DNA of 64,000 bases from Octopus bimaculoides (GCF_001194135.2 NC_068982.1:38568613-38632612); one strand, 5' to 3'; counted from the first letter of the stretch, positions 36,511-51,399 are shown. Made by a program: numbers and translations. The notes: generated by a model from the letters alone, not told the origin.

Positions 36511-39500
36511 CTTAGAAGTCTTGTCTTTGGGGTGCTGGCTAAACTGCAGTGCAACCATCATGTGGCCTAGAATTTACTGTGAATTTGAGGAATGTTGCTG
36601 TGCATTGTTTAAGAATAAGGGGAGTAGGCTGTTGCCAGTGCAACAATCTACATTCAGTCACCGCTCTATTTGAGAAGTGATTGTGTATTGATATTAACTG
36701 AGATTAAGTTGTCAAGGCACACTGGCAGATGTTTTCAATGTCTCTGTTCATTCAGGTAGTAATATACCTGACAGGAGGAGTATAGGTTACATATATTAAG
36801 TAAAGTTTGGAAAGTGATATTGACAACATAAGTTACAATAAGCAATTGATTGATGAACAGAAGAAAAAGTGTGAAAGTTATATTTGAAACATGATGTGGT
36901 GCTCCAGTCTTGATATAACATATGCCAGAGAGAAATGGAGTGGCTTAATAAGAATAGGATACTTCCAATACAAAAGGAGAGAGAAGGGGGAAATTCATAG
37001 ATAGGTAACTTTCTAGGGAGGTTTCATGGCAGACATGTTTGAAAGCTTTGATGATGTGGACCACAACAACATTTCTTTCTACTGAGATAAGTGAATTAAA
37101 GAAAAGAAAAAGAATTGGTAGAGATCCTTTAGGCAGATGATCACAAATTTACTGCAGTTCAAGAGACAAAAGAGCTTATAAAAATAGCATGTTGTCAAAT
37201 GATACTTTATTGTGCAGCTTTACCTTTATCCTTGAAGGTTGATAAATAAAGCACCAATCTAATATGGGGGGGGTTGATTCCTCTCTTTTTCAAGAAGTTG
37301 ATTGTGGTCAGATCTAGGGAGGACACACTTTATGCCATAACAATGCTTTTATGACTATCAGAATTTGGGAACTCAAAGAATGGAAGAAGGTATGTCAGCT
37401 TACTCAAATCTAATTTAAGTGTCAAAGGACAGAATCAATAGGATATGAGTGCCATCACTTTTTCAATGAAATAAAAGGATAAGGAATTTTTATAGCCTAC
37501 GTTTAGTTGATTTTTATCAAAAATATATTAATCTTTTTCATACCAATCCATTTGAGATTGCCCTAGCTCTATTGTACAAAATTATCTAAATTAAAACCTC
37601 TCATTAAAAATTTCCTATTAATTAATGTAGTTATTAAATGCTATTGTAATAACTACTAAGTTATTTTACTAAATTTTTCATTGTTTTCAAAATTAATTGA
37701 AGCAAAGTTAATGTTTTTCAACAAAAATATGGTAACAAAAAGGGTTAAATTGATTTATATTATAATTTAATTTGTCAAGTAGTGGAATAAGTTGCATGTT
37801 CATAATATTTTCAAAATGTTCATATTTACAAACTCACATGAGTAACATATATACCTGAAAAAGCCTAGAGTCGATTTGTTAAATGAGTGTGCATGTATGA
37901 ATAGACTGAGATGTAAATAGTCCAAATTCTTTTCACTCTGCAACAATAAACACATCTTAAAATATCTAGAAACATAATGGACCAATTTCCCTCATTTAAA
38001 ATGCTAGAACAAAAGTCATAATGTCTATTTGTCTATTTACTCATCATTTAAACTTGTATAGATGAAAGGTAACAAAAGAATCATAGCAACAATCCTCTAT
38101 AACAACATTCGGATGACCATTTCTGACATTTTACTCAAATGACACTTTTGTTACAGTTTAGTAACCTACTTAAGATAACATTCTTACTTGATTTTACCAA
38201 ATGTGAACTGAGATCATATTTTGAAGTTCACTGTTGTTATGTTTTCTATCAACATCTTTATCGTGTTATTTCAGAAGCTTTTATTTGTGGTACTATTAAA
38301 ATATTTTGGTTATTGTGATTATCACTAGTTTAAATGTCAAAAAGGAGAGGAATTACATGAACAAACAGATATCAAATTCACCCAAGTAAAAGGACAAGTA
38401 TCTTATTTTCTTACTTATATTTCCATCAAAATTAATTTACCTTAAAAGTATTCAGTTCACAGTTATAGTTACAAACTCTGGAACACTAAAAATTTAGAAG
38501 GTATGAAGATGTGCAACAAGATATAGGTATTGAATAATAACTTGAGTTATTTGTGAGTTTTCAAACTTCAGTTCAAATCCTACCTAAGTCCTTTTTTTTT
38601 TTTTGTATCAAAGCTTTTCTCTTAAACATTTGATATTTATAATAATTCATGGGGTGTTTTCAGAATTGTGAAAATCTTAACAAAAATGTATTTATCCATT
38701 TCTTATACATTCTGGCAGATTCAAATGTGACTGTCTGATCACTGTAGCTTTTGTCATCAGAGAGCACCTCCTACTTTTAAACAATGTGTGTTATGGACAC
38801 ACATGGGTTATCATTGTAAGGGGACTTTAAGAGACCATGGTGTTTCAAACTTTGTCTCTTCACTCAAAGCTACCCTACCTGACAGATGAATCAAACAAGA
38901 GCATGAGCTCTTTTTTATAGAAATGCAAGTGCATGCTGATGTCTGCTAAATAGATAATAATTCATGGAGTGCACTCAGAACAGCAAGAATCCAAACAGTA
39001 ATTAATATTTGATAATCATGTGGCAGTGAGCTGGCAGAATCGTTAGCATGTCGGGCAAAATACTTAGTGACAGTTTGCATATCTTTACATTCTAAGTTGA
39101 AATTCCACTGAGGTTGACTTTGCTTTACATCCTTCTGGGATTGATAAAACGAGTACCTTTTCAATTCTAGAATCGATATAATTAATTTATCCCCTCCCTC
39201 AAAATTGCTGGCCTTGTACTAAAATTTGAAAACAATATTTGATAATCATTTTTTATACCAATATCCTTTCATTCAAACCATTAAATAGCTATTTAACTGA
39301 TAAATTTCAGATTCTAAGCATGATGAATCTGAAAGGTTTCAATTAACTATAGAGATTCTCCAAAGTAAGTAGACTCGGTTATGTTCCCATGTCTTATTAC
39401 TTACACAATCATGCTATGAATATTTCTCCATGAACTCTAAACCTTAGCTGACTTTGATCCCTGAACAGTTACTGAATTGTTTATTAGTCAAACACTGAAC

Positions 39501-40563
39501 CATTGTTCTATTCTTACTAGTCCTGTTTTTCTTATGTTAAACAATTTAATACCAACAGTAAGTACCTGATATCTACTACACACTGTGCTGCCCTATATTC
39601 AACATAGCTTACGTTACATAATTTTTTTTAGTATCTCTGTTTGTTTAACTATTTTCAGTTTAAACAAATAATTACTCGTCCAAATAGTAATTTTTTTTTA
39701 TTTTCATTACGCTCAATCTTATTTCACAAAGAGAAGAGAAAACATCTGCATAAGCTATTCCCTTTGCAAATTCATCTGACCATTTGTAGAATAATGAATG
39801 TTTATTACTCAATTGTTGTTTTATCCAAGTACTGGCATACTCATGTATGCTTATAAAAGAGACTGTGTGGTAGAGAAGATTCATTCTCAACTATAAAGTT
39901 TTGGGTTCAGTCCCACTGCATGACACTTTAGGCAAGAAACTTCTACTGTAGTCCCAAAATCATATGAGTTCATTTAGTAAAATGAAACTGAAAGAAGCCC
40001 ATTGTATATATATATCTATCATCATCATCATCATCCATTAACATGCATTTTCCATGCTGGGTTGGAGGGTTTGACCGGAGTTGGCAAGCTGGAGAGCTGC
40101 ACCAGGTTCCAGTCTGATTTGGCATGGTTTCTATGACCGGATGCCTTTCCGAACGCCAATGACTTTACAGTGTGTGCTTGGTACTTTTAACATGGCACCG
40201 GCAAGATAGCTGGTACTAATGGGAGAATGATATGCAATTCTGTTCAGTAAAGTGAACAATTGGAGACCCCAAGAGATATCTATATTTTTGCATATGTGTG
40301 TAAGTATGTTTGTGTCTCCTCGTGTTGACATTGCATGATAGCTGTAAATGAGTGTCATTCGTTTCTAATATTCTGTGCAAACATGTCTGTCCATGAGAAA
40401 ATATTGCCTTATTTGGAAATAGGTGAGGGTTGGCAACGGGTAGGGCATCTGACTGTAGAAAATCTGCTGCAAGAAATTCCATCTAACCCATGTGAGCATA
40501 GAAATGTGGACATTAAAACAATCATTACACACACGCACGCACGCACGCATGCACCCACGCACA

Positions 40564-40600
<37 letters not shown>

Positions 40601-41957
40601 TTACACCCATGCACTTTTTTCCACAAAGCATTTCACAAAATTTTAAAATGTGTCATCACTTTTTAAGAGAGCTTCTGTGTACTTGCTTGCTCTGATAGAA
40701 ATAGAAACTAAATCTCAATGAAAATCATGCCCCATGAGCTTAGAATTGTGAACCTCAGATAATGTGGTCCTGCTTCCATGAATGTACAAAAAAAAAGTAA
40801 ATAAAATGAGATGGTCACGACTGGAATACCTTTGATCATCGGTCTACTCAGAGCTGACCTAGGGTTGACAACAAGAACAACTCCTGTAAATTTAACACTA
40901 AAACAATGATATTTATTTGAATTCATAAAATAAAAATAAACATTAATTTTTCTGAATTTCCTTTGAAAATTGAGCAAGTTACATAACATGTCATGCAACA
41001 TAGTGTAATTGGTATTTCCTTCTAGTTGCTGGTTAAATAACATATGTGTAACTTCAATCAGAGGAAAACATGTAAAAAATAAAAATAAAACTAATAAAAA
41101 TAAAAACATAAAAAGAGCGAAAAATCTCAATCTCAAGTAAGTATCAGGGAATATATGTGAATTTATTGTATTTGTATGTATACTTATCTAAAAGAATGTT
41201 TGCGTGTATTCCTGTTTCTTACTCTGTAAATGTGTATATATATGTATTTATGTTTATTTGTATAGAGGCATCCTGCCAACTTAGGATAGCGACATATAAG
41301 GCTACAACTGCCTGTGGAAGTTAGCAGGCATCAAGCTCTATTGGAATTAGGCATATACCTTATGGATTAAGCTTCCAATTATAAATTATCTTTTTATGCT
41401 ATCTTCTCTTTATAAATTAAAAAAGAAAATTAATTAGTATTTAGGTAATCCCATACAAATAACAACATTTCTCACAAAATTTGTGGATATTTCTGTAAGC
41501 TCGTGTTGTACTGTATTTATAGCAAAAGTAATGACCATCTTGGAAAGGCACTGCTAAAAATGTTTCTGCTTATAAACTTACTGTGATGTAAATATTGGGT
41601 AAATAACCCTGAATATTTGGCAGCTTTTCTTCTGACTGTCTGTGCCTTTCTAAACTACCTGTTTTTTTTCCACAGGTAGTTTAGAACTGCTAATGAATAA
41701 CAAAAAAGTAAAAAGAAGTAAAAAGAAATAAAAAAAAATTAAGACTATTCAACTAATGGTGATACCAATGTATGATTATAAAATGCATTAAACAAAAAAC
41801 AAAACAAAAAGATTAAAAATTAACTCAGAATATAATCAACTTTGGTATATTTGTTTAAAATGTATTTACACTTGTTCAGAAAAGTCAACTAACTCGTTGC
41901 AAAACTGCAAATCAGCATTAGGAAGATAACGATCTCTATATTACTATGCAGTGTTGC

Positions 41958-41958
<1 letters not shown>

Positions 41959-42004
<46 letters not shown>

Positions 42005-42117
42005 CCACCACCACCACCACCACTGCCACCACCACCACCACCACTATCAACACCAGCAGCAGCAGCACCACCACCACCACCACCACCACCACCATCATTA
42101 TTACCATCATCAACATC
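41959..42117. repeat. Compound trinucleotide repeat (CAT)n(CAC)n(CAG)n
   Basis: Direct reading; source of the poly-His, poly-Ser/Pro and poly-Val/Met pseudo-ORFs. Confidence 0.97.
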
Positions 42118-42600
42118 AGATATTGTTTTTTTTTGCTTTTTAACATCCTTTTTTCAGTGCATGCATGGGTTGAATAGGTTTGTAGTACAGCATATTGCTT
42201 TACCTTTCATTACTGGCACTGAGTATACAATATAATGTGCCAATAATATAACTTTTAAATCCTACCTAAACTTATGTCTGCATTGTTTAATGGTTTCTGA
42301 TAATAATGGTAAACTTCCATACAGTACACTGTTTGGTAAGTGTTATTCCCAAGAAATGTTCTTTACCTTCTTAATATATGCACTACTTAGTTAATCTACT
42401 TTCTATCACTTTCATAAGTATCCAGCATTCAGATCCATATATCAACATACTTTCTAGAGCAACTCTAAAAATATGTATTTTGAAGTCATTAAATGGATTT
42501 GACTGACATATTGTGGACATCTTGTTCATTGTTGACCATGCCAATTCAGTCTTCACTTCACTGTCTTTCTATAATCCCAGATATTTGAATTCATTTAGAA

Positions 42601-42680
42601 CAGTGTTTCTCAACCTTTTTTCTCTTGTGTAACCCTTAAAATAAATTACATGTCTCAAGGAAGCCTTGCACAAAGAAAAT
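42601..42680 (+). mobile_element. Possible orphan hAT (Charlie-like) terminus
   Basis: CAGTGTTTCTCAACCTTTTT is a typical hAT end; no partner TIR was found nearby. Confidence 0.35.
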
Positions 42681-42739
42681 ATATACCATATCTTTCTCAT
42701 AATTTTTTATTGTAGTTCACATGGTATATATTATATATA

Positions 42740-43415
42740 TATCAGATTGGAGCCTGGTGCAGCCATCCGGTTTGCCAGTCCTCAGTCAAATACTAGCATG
42801 GAAAGCGGACCCACACTAGCATGGAAAGTGGATGTTAAACAATGATGATGATATATATATATATGTATATAACCAAATTCGATGACTGGCACCCATGCCA
42901 ACCTTCCTTCAATGGACATTAAACTCAGCTCGCGAAGAACTGTTGGGGCAAGTGAGATCGAAACTGAACCAAATTTGATGACTGGCACCCGTGCCAGTGG
43001 AGCACTAACAGCATCATCTGAGCGGGATCACTGCTAGAGCAGCGGTCTCGCTCCCGTGCCGGTGGCACATAAAAAGCACCATTTGAGCGCAATCGTTTCC
43101 AGCTTCGCCTTACTGGCACTTGTGCCAGTGGCATGTGAACAAAACATTGGACTGACTCCTGTGCAGGTGGCACGTAAAAAACACCATTTGAGCATGGCCG
43201 TTGCCAGTACCACTGGACTGGCCCTCGTACTGGTGGCATGTAAAAAGCACCCACTACACTTTCGAAGTGGTTGGTGTTAGGAAGGGCATCCTGCTGTAGA
43301 AACTCTGCCAGATCATATTGGAGTCTGGTGTAGCCATCTGGTTCACCAGTCCCCAGTCAAATCATCCAACCCATGCTAGCATGGAAAGTGAACGTTAAAT
43401 GAGGATGATGATGAT
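42740..43415 (+). mobile_element. Composite RTE-tailed element(s) with a degenerate hairpin-unit array
   Basis: Tail fragment at 42740-42850; repeated ACTGGCACCC.TGCCA and TGGCA(C/T)(G/A)TAAAAA units at 42880-43255; full tail at 43250-43415. Confidence 0.8.
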
Positions 43416-44388
43416 GATATATATATATATATGTATATATATGTGTATATATATATGTATGTATGTATATATATATATATATATATATATANNNNNNNNN
43501 NNNNNNNNNNNNNNNNNNNNNNNNNNNNNNNNNNNNNNNNNNNNNNNNNNNNNNNNNNNNNNNNNNNNNNNNNNNNNNNNNNNNNNNNNNNNNNNNNNNN
43601 NNNNNNNNNNNNNNNNNNNNNNNNNNNNNNNNNNNNNNNNNNNNNNNNNNNNNNNNNNNNNNNNNNNNNNNNNNNNNNNNNNNNNNNNNNNNNNNNNNNN
43701 NNNNNNNNNNNNNNNNNNNNNNNNNNNNNNNNNNNNNNNNNNNNNNNNNNNNNNNNNNNNNNNNNNNNNNNNNNNNNNNNNNNNNNNNNNNNNNNNNNNN
43801 NNNNNNNNNNNNNNNNNNNNNNNNNNNNNNNNNNNNNNNNNNNNNNNNNNNNNNNNNNNNNNNNNNNNNNNNNNNNNNNNNNNNNNNNNNNNNNNNNNNN
43901 NNNNNNNNNNNNNNNNNNNNNNNNNNNNNNNNNNNNNNNNNNNNNNNNNNNNNNNNNNNNNNNNNNNNNNNNNNNNNNNNNNNNNNNNNNNNNNNNNNNN
44001 NNNNNNNNNNNNNNNNNNNNNNNNNNNNNNNNNNNNNNNNNNNNNNNNNNNNNNNNNNNNNNNNNNNNNNNNNNNNNNNNNNNNNNNNNNNNNNNNNNNN
44101 NNNNNNNNNNNNNNNNNNNNNNNNNNNNNNNNNNNNNNNNNNNNNNNNNNNNNNNNNNNNNNNNNNNNNNNNNNNNNNNNNNNNNNNNNNNNNNNNNNNN
44201 NNNNNNNNNNNNNNNNNNNNNNNNNNNNNNNNNNNNNNNNNNNNNNNNNNNNNNNNNNNNNNNNNNNNNNNNNNNNNNNNNNNNNNNNNNNNNNNNNNNN
44301 NNNNNNNNNNNNNNNNNNNNNNNNNNNNNNNNNNNNNNNNNNNNNNNNNNNNNNNNNNNNNNNNNNNNNNNNNNNNNNNNNNNNNNNN

Positions 44389-44425
<37 letters not shown>

Positions 44426-44754
44426 TAAATGAGATGTATATATGTATATATATATATATATCATGTATGTATATGCCCATATAATGTGCATGTATATTAA
44501 TATTACGATCGATCATGAAATTAGCATTAGCTTATCTCACTCTTTCTCACAGAACCTTAGGGTTCCGAGAAGCTCTGGTTGAGATACATTGATTTAGACA
44601 CTTAAAGTTTGCACTTTTTGATGATATAATATATTCTTCTGTTGACTGAAAGTTGCACACACAGATATATCATCAGTCAAATGTAATCTAATCTCCTTTG
44701 ATGTTTCTTTGATTCATTGAACTTCCTTGATAGTATTTGAAGTAAGGGTGTATC

Positions 44755-45010
44755 ATTGATGCAGTCAGTATACTCTACAAAGATACCATCACTCAGATTT
44801 TATCACCTGATGGTGTTATGGATACCTTTGAGATCCTGCAGGAGTATCGCAAGGGGACACCCTTGCATCTCTTCTGTTCATTGTGTTCTTGGACTACTTG
44901 GTATGAATTACAATATTTGATACAGAAGAAACAGGTCCTTAAAAAAGCAAATGTTATTTTATAACTATTATTATTGATGCAGATTATGCAGATGATATAG
45001 CTCTTGACCC
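44755..45010 (+). pseudogene. Decayed non-LTR RT fragment (RTE/RTEX-like)
   Basis: IDAVSILYKDTITQILSPDGVMDTFEI..GV.QGDTLASLLFIV.LDY...IIDADYADDIAL across frameshifts. Confidence 0.7.
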
Positions 45011-46369
45011 TGTAGAACATTGATAGGGAGAGAGAGAGGGCTGCACTAGCATCTGGCTGGTACTAAGTTGAAGTTCAGTAGAGTTAAGTAATGATATGAA
45101 GTGCCTTGCTGGAGAATAAATATACTGATGGAAAAAACAGGAGAGAATCTAATGTTTTGAGTTATACCTTATGTATATATATATATATATATATNNNNNN
45201 NNNNNNNNNNNNNNNNNNNNNNNNNNNNNNNNNNNNNNNNNNNNNNNNNNNNNNNNNNNNNNNNNNNNNNNNNNNNNNNNNNNNNNNNNNNNNNNNNNNN
45301 NNNNNNNNNNNNNNNNNNNNNNNNNNNNNNNNNNNNNNNNNNNNNNNNNNNNNNNNNNNNNNNNNNNNNNNNNNNNNNNNNNNNNNNNNNNNNNNNNNNN
45401 NNNNNNNNNNNNNNNNNNNNNNNNNNNNNNNNNNNNNNNNNNNNNNNNNNNNNNNNNNNNNNNNNTATATATATAAATATATATATATAAAAAAGAAATA
45501 GAAATAATAGAAACTAGAGAAAGAGAAAAAGACAAAGACATATGACCTTGTATCTACAGTGTTTGTATACATGGCAGGCCTAGAGTAAAACTGAAGTTGA
45601 CAAGTGAAATAGAAAGGCTGGAAGTGGAGACTCAAATTAGGTCCTGTTGAGAGTTAAGTGAGAAGAGATGAGGCGAAGGGAGCAAAAAAGAGAATAAGTG
45701 AAGAAAGATGAGGCGAAGAGAGCAAAAAAGAGAATAAGTGAGGAGAGTGAGAGAGAAAGCAAGAAAGAAAGAGGTGGGAGAGAGGTGGAAAAGTGAGGTG
45801 AAGTGAGAGGAGAAGTGAGGAACTCCTGATATCAGTGTATGTGAGTAATGAAATGTTGTTAAGTGTGCAATGTTTTCATTTGTGTAGGTGATAAATAGCA
45901 TCTAATGTGTATCAAGAAATATAAAGTTCATGTATCTCGGTGTACAAAAGTTATTCTTCTAAACAACAAAGAATATAAATGTACATACATATACTTATCG
46001 ACATGCACGCACAAATGCACGCACAAATGCACGCACAAATGCACACATGTGAACATATAACAACACATACATACACTGTGGTGGTTGTGGTTCTGCATGT
46101 GTGTAAAGCAACGAGTCATGTGGTAGTTTGGATGTGTGGGATTAGTCTGTTAGTCTGTGGTAAATGAGGGGTATCTCTGCAGAATGTATATGTGTGGTAT
46201 GTAACATTGAGGAGATAGTAGTTTAGGAGTATGGTTCTTAGTGTAAGGTGAGATGGTATGTGATGCATATATACATATATATGCATATAAGTATACATTA
46301 CACACACACACGTACACACATATACATATATTTACATATGTATATACATGTATTTAAATCTACATCTAT

Positions 46370-46373
46370 CTTA

Positions 46374-46413
<40 letters not shown>

Positions 46414-46422
46414 ATCTATCTA

Positions 46423-46510
<88 letters not shown>
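46370..46510. repeat. (TATC)n-(TA)n-(TG)n compound microsatellite
   Basis: Direct reading. Confidence 0.97.
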
Positions 46511-46517
<7 letters not shown>

Positions 46518-46822
46518 CATTAGAATGACAAAGGAGTAAACAATTGTGTTATACACTTCATTAGCCTACATCTGTCTCTGCTATCAGATGCAATGGCCTC
46601 ATAGTCGAATGCTTGGAAATCACCCTATAGCTTCATTGAAGCTTCAAACATGAGGTTCATAGCATAACTGTTTATTCCTTTGTCATTCTAATTTCTTATT
46701 ACAGCTCTGTACTCAACTGATGCTTCATTCTGAAGCATATGTATACTGAGTTCTAACACTGTATTATTAGTATCACTATACCTTAGCAAAATATCGATGT
46801 GTGCCTATATATTATCTATATA

Positions 46823-46859
<37 letters not shown>

Positions 46860-46863
<4 letters not shown>

Positions 46864-48165
46864 CACCACCATTATGAAAGACTGCTGAATGTGGTGAATG
46901 AATGGAAGGAGGAGAGTTTGGCAAAGCTTGACCCAATTGAGGGAACAGTTATCTGAATTGACAGTACTCTGGTAGATAAAGCAATTAAGGATATGAAGAC
47001 AGGGAAAGCACCAGGTCCATCAGGAATCACCACTGAGATGCTTAAAATATTGGGTGGTGTGGGTTATGGTCTTGTCACCCACATCGTAAATCAGGTAGTT
47101 AATGAAAGATTCATACCCAATGACTGGTGTAGCAGCACCATAATCAACTACTACAAGGGTAAAAGTGATGCTTTCGATAGAAATAACTATAGGGTATCAA
47201 ATTATTTGATCAGGTGATGAAAGTTACAGAGAGGGTCATAGCCCAACTAATTAGGGAGGGAGTTAGCCTAGATGAGATGCAGTTTGGTTTTGTGCCAGGC
47301 AGAAGCACCACTGATGCTTTTTTTCTGGTATGGCAACTTCAGGAAAAATATCTGGCCAAAGATAAACCGCTGTACTTGGCTTTTGTTGACTTGGAGAAAA
47401 CCTTTGATAGGGTCCCCCGATCCCTTATTTGGTGGTCAGTGCAAAAACTGGGGATAGACAAGTGGTTGGCAAGAGCTGTACAAGCCTTGTACAGGACTGC
47501 AGTCAGTAAAGTTGGCAACGAGTGTAGTGAAGAATTCCAAGTAGAAGTAGGGTTCACTAAGGATCAGTCCTCAGCCCCCTCTTATTCATTATAGTCCTCC
47601 AGGCAATAACAGAGGAATTCAAGACAGAGGAATAACAGAGGAATTCAAGCCCCTCTATGCTGATGACCTTGCCCTAATAGCTGAGTCACTGCCAGAACTA
47701 GAGACAAAGTTTAGGGTGTGAAAGCAAGGCCTAGAATCAAAGGGCTTTAGGATTAACCTAGCAAAAACCAAAGTCTTAGTAAGTAGGAAGGCTGTCAAAT
47801 CACAATCCCCTTCAGGAAGATGGCCCTGCTCAATTTGTAGAAAAGGCGTGGGTAGAAACTCCATACGTTGTACCCGGTGTAAGCTATGGACACAAAAGGT
47901 GCAGCAATATCAAAGGAAAGTTAACTGGGAAAATAGTTTTTGTGTGTGGCAGATGCACAGGAGCAATAAACACTGAAGATGTACAGAAAACAGATTCCAT
48001 CACATGCCAGGGGGAGAAACTAGAAATAGTTAATAGCTTCTGCTACTTAGGCGACCAAGTCTGTAGTGGGGGTGGTTGCTCTGAAAGTGTAGCAACTAGA
48101 GTAAGAATAACCTGGGCAACGTTCAGGGAACTCCTACCTCTGCTAGCAACTAAGGGCCTCTCGCT
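46860..48165 (+). pseudogene. RTE-clade LINE reverse transcriptase, best-preserved copy, frameshifted
   Basis: MKTGKAPGPSGITTEMLK; DEMQFGFVPGRSTTDA; LAFVDLEKTFDRVPR; LYADDL; EIVNSFCYLGD. Contains stops, frameshifts and a 19-bp internal duplication (aataacagaggaattcaag). Truncated at about 48165. Confidence 0.93.
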
Positions 48166-49404
48166 CAGTGTTCCCTGCCCAGAAAATCTTGTACCTGTGT
48201 TCTTTGCCTGTGAGGAACCTAGCAGAACCTCCTCCCCACCTTACTTCTTGGAGGCAACACAAATCGACACCAGTTTTATTTTAAGATTTCTTGTCAATAG
48301 AGAAGGAGCTGGTTTCTAAACTAAATTCAAGGCTCCTTCATTTGAATTTAAGCAACAGCAACGAAATATTTTTACATGTATGTGTGTATATGTGCAGTAT
48401 TTGGAGTCAGTGCATATACATATTAGTGTATGTATGTATGTATGTATGTATGTATGTATGTATGTATGTATGTGTGTGTGTCTGACTTTTTATCTATCTA
48501 TTTATCCATCTATCTATCTATCTGTGTATGTATGTATCTATCTGTCTGTCTGTCTGTCTATCTATCTATCAATGTGTGTCTATCTATCTATCTATCTATC
48601 TATCTATATATCCGTCTGTCTGTCTGTCTGTCTGTCTGTGTGCACACGCACATGCATGTGTGTGTAGGCACAGGTTTGGCTGCATGGTTAAGAAATTTGC
48701 ACTGTAGCCATATAATTTTGGTATCTAAGACAAGGGTTTTTCACTGTAACTTAAGTCTGGCCTAAATCTTCTGTGTAGATTTTGGTGGACTGAAAATGAA
48801 GAAAGCCACTTGTATGTATACATGTATATGTGTGAATTTTGTGTGCACATGAGCATGTGTGTATGTGCACATGTGTATGTATATATGTGTGTGTGTATAT
48901 ATGTGTGTGTGTAAGTGTAGGGTACATTAGATAACAGTATACACGTTTATAATATTCCGAATGTAGACCAGAAAGTGAAGAAAAAAAAAAAGGAAAGGTA
49001 AATAAATAAAACCCACCCACAGGATGCCAGGTTGTATAAGCTGTTCAAAAGTATAATAAAATAGTAAGTTGTTCTCCAGTAGTAATGCCAATAAACTCTA
49101 GTGTCTTTCCCACAGATACAATGAAATACTATCTGCATGCTTTGATTCATGTGCCAAGAGTACAGTATTAATAGTGTACTTAGCTATTAGATGCATAGGC
49201 ACACGCACACGTGCACACACAGAGTTACATGCACATGCTTACCCACTCACCCACACACTCACACAAACACACACATACTCATACACACACACATACATAC
49301 ATACATATATATATATCAATACATATGTATGTCAATACATATGCATATGTAGGTGTGTGTGTGTTTCTGTAAGCATTTAATAGCTAGGTACACTATGTGT
49401 AGGT

Positions 49405-49442
<38 letters not shown>

Positions 49443-49674
49443 CAAGAAACGGTTGGCATTTTCTCTGGTGATTAAAACATCAGACTTTTTCTGTTCTTTA
49501 AATAATTTACTAGAAATGTTGCATGTGTGGAAAAAATGTCTGTTACCTAAATGATATTAAACAAACCAAATAAGTATCATATAATGTTCATTTGAATTTA
49601 TCAGTTTTGCTCATGTATAATAGGCTAATATATATCATATTCTCTGTGCTGATTTCCTGTTGTAGTGCACCTGT

Positions 49675-49706
<32 letters not shown>

Positions 49707-50101
49707 TGTATATTTCTTTTGAACAGCCACCGTTCTATGATGGATAGCTGCAAAGAAAAGTGAATAGGAAGGGACAATACTACACATATAGAATGATGGT
49801 CTATATAATGAGAACTTTGTGAAATTATAAATTTATTCTGGAAGAGGAACATGTATAGAAAACATGAAAAAAATAAATTGCCATGGGCACAAGTGTATGC
49901 AGTTAAAAAGCATGCTTTATGAAAATATGGTTTTGTGTTCAAATCAAACTCCATAGCACCTTAGGCAATTCTCTCCTGCAATAGCTCCGGGCTGACAAAT
50001 ACCTTGTCTGTTAATTTGGTAGACATAAACTGTGTAGAAATTTGTCATATGCACGTGCATGTGTGTGTGTGTTTGTGTTTGTGTCTGTGCATGCATGTGT
50101 G

Positions 50102-50137
<36 letters not shown>

Positions 50138-50928
50138 TGTCTTTGTGTCTGTGTATGTCCCCACCACCACAAGCACCACCACCACAAGCACCAGCACAAC
50201 CAGCACCAGCACCACTACCAGCAGCAGCACCACCACCACNNNNNNNNNNNNNNNNNNNNNNNNNNNNNNNNNNNNNNNNNNNNNNNNNNNNNNNNNNNNN
50301 NNNNNNNNNNNNNNNNNNNNNNNNNNNNNNNNNNNNNNNNNNNNNNNNNNNNNNNNNNNNNNNNNNNNNNNNNNNNNNNNNNNNNNNNNNNNNNNNNNNN
50401 NNNNNNNNNNNNNNNNNNNNNNNNNNNNNNNNNNNNNNNNNNNNNNNNNNNNNNNNNNNNNNNNNNNNNNNNNNNNNNNNNNNNNNNNNNNNNNNNNNNN
50501 NNNNNNNNNNNNNNNNNNNNNNNNNNNNNNNNNNNNNNNNNNNNNNNNNNNNNNNNNNNNNNNNNNNNNNNNNNNNNNNNNNNNNNNNNNNNNNNNNNNN
50601 NNNNNNNNNNNNNNNNNNNNNNNNNNNNNNNNNNNNNNNNNNNNNNNNNNNNNNNNNNNNNNNNNNNNNNNNNNNNNNNNNNNNNNNNNNNNNNNNNNNN
50701 NNNNNNNNNNNNNNNNNNNNNNNNNNNNNNNNNNNNNNNNNNNNNNNNNNNNNNNNNNNNNNNNNNNNNNNNNNNNNNNNNNNNNNNNNNNNNNNNNNNN
50801 NNNNNNNNNNNNNNNNNNNNNNNNNNNNNNNNNNNNNNNNNNNNNNNNNNNNNNNNNNNNNNNNNNNNNNNNNNNNNNNNNNNNNNNNNNNNNNNNNNNN
50901 NNNNNNNNNNNNNNNNNNNNNNNNNNNN

Positions 50929-50967
<39 letters not shown>

Positions 50968-51133
50968 ACACGTAAAAGCACCTACTACACTCTCTGAGTG
51001 GTTGGCGTTAGGAAGGGCATCCAGCTGTAGAAACTCTGCCAAATTTAGATTGGAGCCTGGTGTTGCCATCCGGTTTCACCAGTCCTCAGTCAAATCGTCC
51101 AACCCATGCTAGCATGGAAAGCGGACGTTAAAC

Positions 51134-51170
<37 letters not shown>

Positions 51171-51399
51171 GCCTGTTTAAATGCTAAAGAGTTAACCTAT
51201 TACAATATATAAACCACTGTAAATGATTGTATGTAAATACACTGAGTTTGTCAGATATTTAGCTTATAACTTTAAAATTTTGTAAAATGAGTTTCAATAT
51301 CTCACAACTTTATTCTAAACATTTAGTGTTAGGTGAATGCATTATCAATTTGAAGTATATTGCCTTTAGAGTGTTTTCTTGCTTTTGTATACTGATATA

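Noticed and set aside
41889-42235. Poly-His and poly-Pro/Ser proteins
   Set aside because: Compound trinucleotide microsatellite.
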